Of a DNA stretch of 64,000 bases, positions 59,680-64,000 are shown piece after piece. This stretch comes from Ignavibacteriales bacterium (lineage in GTDB: Bacteria > Bacteroidota > Ignavibacteria > UBA10030), in the NCBI GenBank assembly GCA_026390575.1, contig JAPLFR010000006.1, positions 203,567 through 267,566 of the forward strand. The letters are read 5' to 3'. A model generated the notes under the pieces. The model did no database searches. It was not told the origin of the DNA and saw nothing but the letters and a program-made list of their open reading frames with translations. The translations under genes and the position numbers were made by a program. Each line of letters starts with the position of its first letter. The first letter of the stretch is position 1.

Positions 59680-60693
59680 TTACACTGTCACATCTGTCTT
59701 GTGAGATATTTTGTAAGTAGGAAGAGAATCTGCATCTTGTTTCTGAACTGTATTGGTCACAAGATAACTTGCTCCTAGAATTGCAGCATTATGCAACATG
59801 GAACTTGCTATTTCTACGGAGTCCCTATGCCATTCCGGTGCATTCCGTTCAAAAGATTTCCGCGTCGGTTCAAGAAGCAATTCCTTTGCGTTGGCCAAAC
59901 CACCTGACAAGATTACCATTTCTGGATCGAATGCCGCTACAGTATTTGCCAGTAAACGTCCTAAGTAATCTCCTGTCGCAATAAACGCTTCTTTGGCAAT
60001 AGGATCGTTCATTTGTGCAAGTTCATAAATTTGTAATGAGGTCATATTCTCATAATTGATCGAGCGTAACTTAGAATTATCGGTTCGAGTTGATAGTAAT
60101 TCAAAAGCCGTTCGACATAAACCTGGAGCAGAAACATACGTCTCGACACAACCTCGCCGTCCGCATCCACACTGTCTTCCATGAGGCTCAATAATGATAT
60201 GACCTAATTCGCCTGCCATACTATTTTTTCCATGAAGTAATTCACCCTCTACAACTATGCCTGCACCCAAACCAGTACCTAATGTAAGAACAATGAAATT
60301 TCTCATTCCTTTTGCTATTCCATAAATCATTTCACCTAAGGCAGCAGCGTTGCTGTCATTAATAATAGTAATAGGCAAATCATAATGCTTTTTTAACATA
60401 TTCACAATATTGACCGTACCCCACTGAAGGTTTGCCGAATTTCGTATTGTTCCTTCAAGATGCCTTGCCGCTGGAGCCGCAACACCAATTCCACTGAGGA
60501 TGCAGTTATTTGGCAGCTGCATACAGAGGTTTTTTATAGTCACAGATAATGTTTTAATGAATACTTCAGCATTCCTTTGATCTCTCATCGGAATACTTGT
60601 TTTATGCAAACAATTACCTTTGCGATCTATTGCCCCAATGGCAGTATTGGTTCCACCTATATCAACTCCGATTGTAAAAAAAGGTTCATTCAT
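59680..60693 (-). CDS. ROK-family sugar kinase (N-acetylglucosamine/glucose kinase type)
   Basis: 337 aa. N-terminal ATP-binding IGVDIGGTNTAIGAID. ROK zinc motif with H and Cys cluster (GELGHIIIEPHGRQCGCGRRGCVETYVSAPG). No N-terminal HTH. Confidence 0.75.
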   Translation of the reverse strand: MNEPFFTIGVDIGGTNTAIGAIDRKGNCLHKTSIPMRDQRNAEVFIKTLSVTIKNLCMQLPNNCILSGIGVAAPAARHLEGTIRNSANLQWGTVNIVNMLKKHYDLPITIINDSNAAALGEMIYGIAKGMRNFIVLTLGTGLGAGIVVEGELLHGKNSMAGELGHIIIEPHGRQCGCGRRGCVETYVSAPGLCRTAFELLSTRTDNSKLRSINYENMTSLQIYELAQMNDPIAKEAFIATGDYLGRLLANTVAAFDPEMVILSGGLANAKELLLEPTRKSFERNAPEWHRDSVEIASSMLHNAAILGASYLVTNTVQKQDADSLPTYKISHKTDVTV

Positions 60694-60721
60694 TCTTCAT
60701 TCATTCCTCTCTGTGCTTTTA

Positions 60722-61948
60722 TTAAAGCGCAATTCTATAATCAGCGAATATTTTTCGAATGGATAGGGCTGCCGCTCCCAGTAATGGCGGGCTGCCAACC
60801 ATCGATGTTGGAAGAATCTCAGTGTTTCGCTGAGTTCCAAAGAACCCTCTCTTACTGACAATCTCCATAATCCCCGGATAAACCATATCCCATACCTGTG
60901 TCACTAACCCGCCAATGATAATAACTTCCGGGTCAAATGAACGAATAATATTTGCAATACCTAACCCCATATATTGAGATGTTATAGAAAGCGCCTCCTT
61001 TGCAAACGACTCATCACGTTTTGCTGCATCAATAATATCAGACATCAGAATGTTTTGTTGTTTATCAGGATGAATTCCCTTCAGCTTTCCGTAGCGCCGA
61101 AGAGTAGCCCGATCCGAAGCATAGACCTCCCAGCATCCTTGATTACCACAAGAACAAAGTTCTCCACCTTCAACAATCGTCATATGTCCAAACTCTCCCG
61201 CAGCATGTGAATGGCCGGTGAGAATATGATTATCGAGAACGATACCGCTACCAATACCATAACCGACTGAAAGAAAAACAATACTCGCGGGCGTCGATTC
61301 ATGATGTCCTAACAAAAGTTCTGCTAATGCAGAAGCTTTTGCATCATTTTCTAATGTGATCAATTCGACATCTGGTTCCAAATCATGGATAAGATCTCCG
61401 AGGTCCAGGTTTTCCCAACCCAGGTTGGGTGCGTAAATAACTTTCGATTGCATTGAATCGACGATGCCGGCAACAGACACACCGATGCCTTTGAACTGCG
61501 AACAACCAGATTTCTCTCTTAGCTTATTTAGTTGTTCAAGGCATCGAGCGATGAATCGTTTTGGTTGATTCATTTCTGTTTCTATCTCGCATTTAATTTT
61601 TATTGTTCCATCAATATCAATCACCGCTAATTCTGTTTTTGTAGAAGCAAAATAAATTGCACCGATAAAATGCAATCCTTTCTTCACTCTTAGATTTATG
61701 GGATTACGGCCAACTTTTTGATTACGATCCAAATCTTCCTCGATAAGATTCTCTTTAATTAAATCTGCAACTATATCAGAGACAGTACTTTTATTCAAAC
61801 CTGTTAATATGGAAATAGTTGTGCGTGAGATTGGTTGGCGCTCACGAATAGAATTCAAAACTATTGAGCGATTGATATCGCGTCCAACTTTTGAATTTAC
61901 ACTTACGAGTTGTCTATGTTTAGTTCTTTTCAGATGGGACATATTCAC
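60722..61948 (-). CDS. ROK-family transcriptional regulator (NagC/Mlc-like: N-terminal winged HTH + ROK sugar-binding domain)
   Basis: 408 aa. N-terminal HTH (RSIVLNSIRERQPISRTTISILTGLNKSTVSDIVADLIKENLI). ROK core with GEFGHMTIVEGGELCSCGNQGCWEVYAS. Confidence 0.75.
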   Translation of the reverse strand: MNMSHLKRTKHRQLVSVNSKVGRDINRSIVLNSIRERQPISRTTISILTGLNKSTVSDIVADLIKENLIEEDLDRNQKVGRNPINLRVKKGLHFIGAIYFASTKTELAVIDIDGTIKIKCEIETEMNQPKRFIARCLEQLNKLREKSGCSQFKGIGVSVAGIVDSMQSKVIYAPNLGWENLDLGDLIHDLEPDVELITLENDAKASALAELLLGHHESTPASIVFLSVGYGIGSGIVLDNHILTGHSHAAGEFGHMTIVEGGELCSCGNQGCWEVYASDRATLRRYGKLKGIHPDKQQNILMSDIIDAAKRDESFAKEALSITSQYMGLGIANIIRSFDPEVIIIGGLVTQVWDMVYPGIMEIVSKRGFFGTQRNTEILPTSMVGSPPLLGAAALSIRKIFADYRIAL

Positions 61949-62038
61949 TTTCTTGTCAATTGGTTGTTTTGAACAACTAATTCAGTATAAAGAATTTCAC
62001 ATTGAGCTGATTGTTGCATATATGATGGTTTAATTAGT

Positions 62039-62057
62039 TTGTTGTAACGACCAACAA
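62039..62057. promoter_or_regulatory. Inverted repeat TTGTTG-N7-CAACAA ~90-110 bp upstream of the ROK/NagC-like regulator start: candidate operator
   Basis: gtTTGTTGtaacgacCAACAAtt at 62037-62059, in the 523-bp non-coding leader separating the regulator start (61948) from the porV stop. NagC/Mlc-type repressors bind AT-rich palindromes near their own promoters (established). This specific site is inference. Confidence 0.25.
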
Positions 62058-62387
62058 TTTAAAACTAAAGAAATTCGAATAATTTGTCAAGTAAATTCTT
62101 TATTGTGTAAAGATTTAATAATTGATCTGCTCCCGAATGATGTGCCAATAATAAGTTAGTATTTTTTCGTTATCACGCACTGGCCACCTGATAAGGGAAA
62201 AATCAGTAATTATGATAAAAGGGTAATCTTCGGAACTGCGGTGGTACACAGATTCTGTCCCGATTGAAAAACATCGGGATAAATTGGGGAGCGTATTAAT
62301 GTTAATTCCGCACAGCGGAATTTCTATAACGACGCAGACAATATACAAGAAAGATTGAAGAGTTAGGAAGGAAGATTGTGCATTGCA

Positions 62388-62434
62388 GAAAAAAATAAAA
62401 ACCGTCAGCGCGTATTTTGCATGACGGTTTTTTT
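62388..62434. terminator. Bidirectional rho-independent terminator downstream of porV
   Basis: GC stem ccgtca(gcgcgtattttgca)tgacgg at 62402-62427, flanked by an A-run (62388-62400) on one side and a T-run (62428-62434) on the other. This gives a U-tract on either transcript. It lies 40 bp downstream of the porV stop. Confidence 0.6.
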
Positions 62435-62471
62435 ACCCGCATCAAGAATGGGCAACACTGAAGTGAGTACT

Positions 62472-63494
62472 CTAAAGTCCTAAGCCCACACTAAACATAT
62501 GCACATTATTCAGAACTCCAAATGAAATATAAGAATAATCAAAAAGTAGATTTGTTTTTCCTGCAACATTCAAACGGATACCACCACCATAGTTCATTCC
62601 TTGTTCCGAGTCCTTGGAGAATAATCCTTTATATCCCATTCGGAGACTTAACATGTTTTCAAAAACATACTCACCGCCGATGTTGATAGATTCGACATCG
62701 TCGCTTGGATGAAGAGCATCTATCGATACAATCAAGTTACTTCCAAATAATCCCTTAAGAACATCCATAGACACTCCGATACGGAACAGTAATGGCAAAT
62801 CATAAGGATCGGTTGATAACGTACCATTAATATTTCCGTTATTGCCGCTAATACCGGGATATGAATCATGCTGCACTTGAAAATCCTGGCCTTCCATTTG
62901 CAATTTTGTTCCGTAATTTGATATGTTCATACCAAGTTTCAAACCGTTAAAATGAGTTATAAAAAGAGCCCCGACGTCGATTGCAAATCCGGTTGCGTTG
63001 CTATGATATATTCTCTCGTTTATAAATTTCCCATTAAATCCGATTGAAAATTGATCTGTGAGATTACGTGCATATGATAAGCCAAAAGCATAACTCCCGG
63101 CATCCACTAATTCTCCGGTCCCATCAGGATTATCAGCTGTGGTCCTTTCGATCGGGTCCATTGTAAGAAATGTCGCATTTATGCCAAGTGTTCCAAAAGT
63201 GCCAAGCGGAAGAACCGCACCGGCATAATTGAACGATAGATCGGCAATCCATTTTGTACTTGAAAAAAATGTTTCAAAATTATCTATACGGGATATTCCT
63301 GCCGAATTCCAATACATTGCCGATACATCACTAGCAACAGAGACGAAGGCGCTTCCCATAGCGGTAGCTTGAGGCCCGACATCGATTGATAAAAATTTTC
63401 CAGCCGCTGTGCCTACTTTTGTTACTCCTTGAGCGTAGAAGGTAGAATTATATATAAATAATAATCCTATAATAAGTAAACTATAATTTTTCAT
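62472..63494 (-). CDS. porV: PorV/PorQ-family outer-membrane protein (type IX secretion shuttle/FadL-like barrel)
   Basis: Probable start MKNYSLLIIGLLFIYNSTFYAQ. The N-terminal GVTKVGTAAGKFLSIDVGPQATAMGSAFVSVASDVSAMYWNSAGISRI matches the conserved PorV opening (G.AAAQFL.IGVGARA.AMGGAF.A.ADDASA.YWNPAGL). The C-terminus ...MFSVGLGL ends as a beta-barrel. Confidence 0.6.
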   Translation of the reverse strand: MKNYSLLIIGLLFIYNSTFYAQGVTKVGTAAGKFLSIDVGPQATAMGSAFVSVASDVSAMYWNSAGISRIDNFETFFSSTKWIADLSFNYAGAVLPLGTFGTLGINATFLTMDPIERTTADNPDGTGELVDAGSYAFGLSYARNLTDQFSIGFNGKFINERIYHSNATGFAIDVGALFITHFNGLKLGMNISNYGTKLQMEGQDFQVQHDSYPGISGNNGNINGTLSTDPYDLPLLFRIGVSMDVLKGLFGSNLIVSIDALHPSDDVESINIGGEYVFENMLSLRMGYKGLFSKDSEQGMNYGGGIRLNVAGKTNLLFDYSYISFGVLNNVHMFSVGLGL

Positions 63495-63576
63495 TTTAAT
63501 TATTTCCGTTTTTAATTGCAAAGTTCTTAGGAAAAAATTGCACAAACTTTTATTCGCATTCATATATAATTCTCTC

Positions 63577-64000
63577 CTATTTAAGAATTAAAATCTTTCC
63601 AATTTTTTCACCCACTCCTTCTGCTTTCACATGATAAATATAGATACCGTAAGATATTTCCAAATTATCTTTCGATAACATATTCCATATCTCGGTTCCG
63701 TTATCAATTGTAGAGTTATGGTAAAGAGTTTTGACAAGCTGGCCGCTTATAGTGAAAATTCTTATCTCACATGTCATTGGCAAACGAGTAAAATGAAGCT
63801 GCCTTTCCCCGCGTCCACTGGCGTATGTATTTTTGGGTTCCCATTGATTTGTAATAATATACGGATTAGGAACGACGCGTATTTTATCCAGGTCTGTCTT
63901 CGCTATTTCCTTATCTACCCCTGAAGCAACAGTTATGAATTCAAACATATCATTTGAAAGAAATGGGCGGACAAGGTAGATAGATAAAGTATCGCCTGGA
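63577..64000 (-). CDS. C-terminal end of a T9SS cargo protein (CTD only in window; gene continues beyond the window end)
   Basis: The reading frame is open from 64000 down to the stop at 63577. The sequence VVPNPYIITNQWEPK...IRIFTISGQLVKTL...GIYIYHVKAEGVGEKIGKILILK is a canonical T9SS C-terminal sorting domain. The Met at 63948 is internal. Confidence 0.6.
   Translation of the reverse strand, partial: PGDTLSIYLVRPFLSNDMFEFITVASGVDKEIAKTDLDKIRVVPNPYIITNQWEPKNTYASGRGERQLHFTRLPMTCEIRIFTISGQLVKTLYHNSTIDNGTEIWNMLSKDNLEISYGIYIYHVKAEGVGEKIGKILILK

Noticed and set aside
1-64000. CRISPR arrays, tRNA/rRNA genes, transposases/integrases, prophage genes
   Set aside because: No short regularly spaced direct repeats, no cloverleaf-like or highly structured GC-rich RNA gene candidates, and no DDE/tyrosine-recombinase-like ORFs were seen. 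The only large repeats are the 1.3-kb tandem duplication and the ~75-bp flanking repeats described above.

Overview
This 64-kb window is almost entirely coding on the minus strand and reads as polysaccharide-utilisation territory of a low-GC (~40%) member of the Bacteroidota/Ignavibacteriota group. The evidence is several proteins ending in the type IX secretion C-terminal sorting domain (NYPNPFNPSTTI... plus the G-x-Y-F-x-R/K motif), a PorV-like outer-membrane protein, and three large TonB-dependent receptors, none with an adjacent SusD-like gene (that absence favours an Ignavibacteria/Melioribacter-like lineage; inference).

Three functional blocks are recognisable:
1. Positions 1-8086: a pectin/unsaturated-uronate catabolic operon (T9SS beta-helix protein, kduD, an eda::VOC fusion, kduI, a DUF4861-like protein, a multiply disrupted ExuT-like MFS pseudogene, kdgK running off the window). 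It is followed by an ECF sigma / FecR anti-sigma / STN-TonB transducer signalling unit (8146-13454).
2. Positions 13455-29333: an AT-rich, partly decayed accessory stretch. It holds a Serratia-type DRGH endonuclease remnant, a secreted alpha/beta hydrolase, a DUF697-microprotein-OM-barrel trio, a split SBP/Cache sensor, and an operon of TBDR + AmpG-like MFS + YojI-like ABC exporter + SPFH. A methyltransferase-like gene sits between ~75-bp direct repeats, next to a beta-lactamase-family hydrolase.
3. Positions 29631-61948: a ~32-kb co-directional chitin/GlcNAc utilisation locus. It contains NagX-like, an MCP with C-terminal PAS, GH20, a DUF4954 left-handed-helix protein, nagB, an NDP-forming acyl-CoA synthetase, an ACP, a NagB-like::LmbE-deacetylase fusion, an SSS symporter, a GH94 phosphorylase, two GH18 chitinases (one with T9SS CTD), an AmpG-like MFS, a GHL10-like protein, a CE4 deacetylase with CTD, a 1.3-kb tandem-duplicated frameshifted beta-helix/CTD gene, a TBDR, a ROK kinase and a ROK/NagC-like regulator. 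It is followed by PorV and the C-terminal end of a further T9SS cargo gene.

I found no rRNA, tRNA or CRISPR array and no transposase or integrase.

The observations I would look at first are: the ACP + NDP-forming ligase + left-handed-helix trio embedded in the chitin locus; the LmbE::NagB fusion that appears to replace NagA; the near-identical tandem duplication whose domain junctions need a frame change; the repeat-flanked methyltransferase cassette; and the triple-lesion ExuT pseudogene (in-frame TGA at a conserved Gly, an 11-bp tandem duplication, and a 3' indel).
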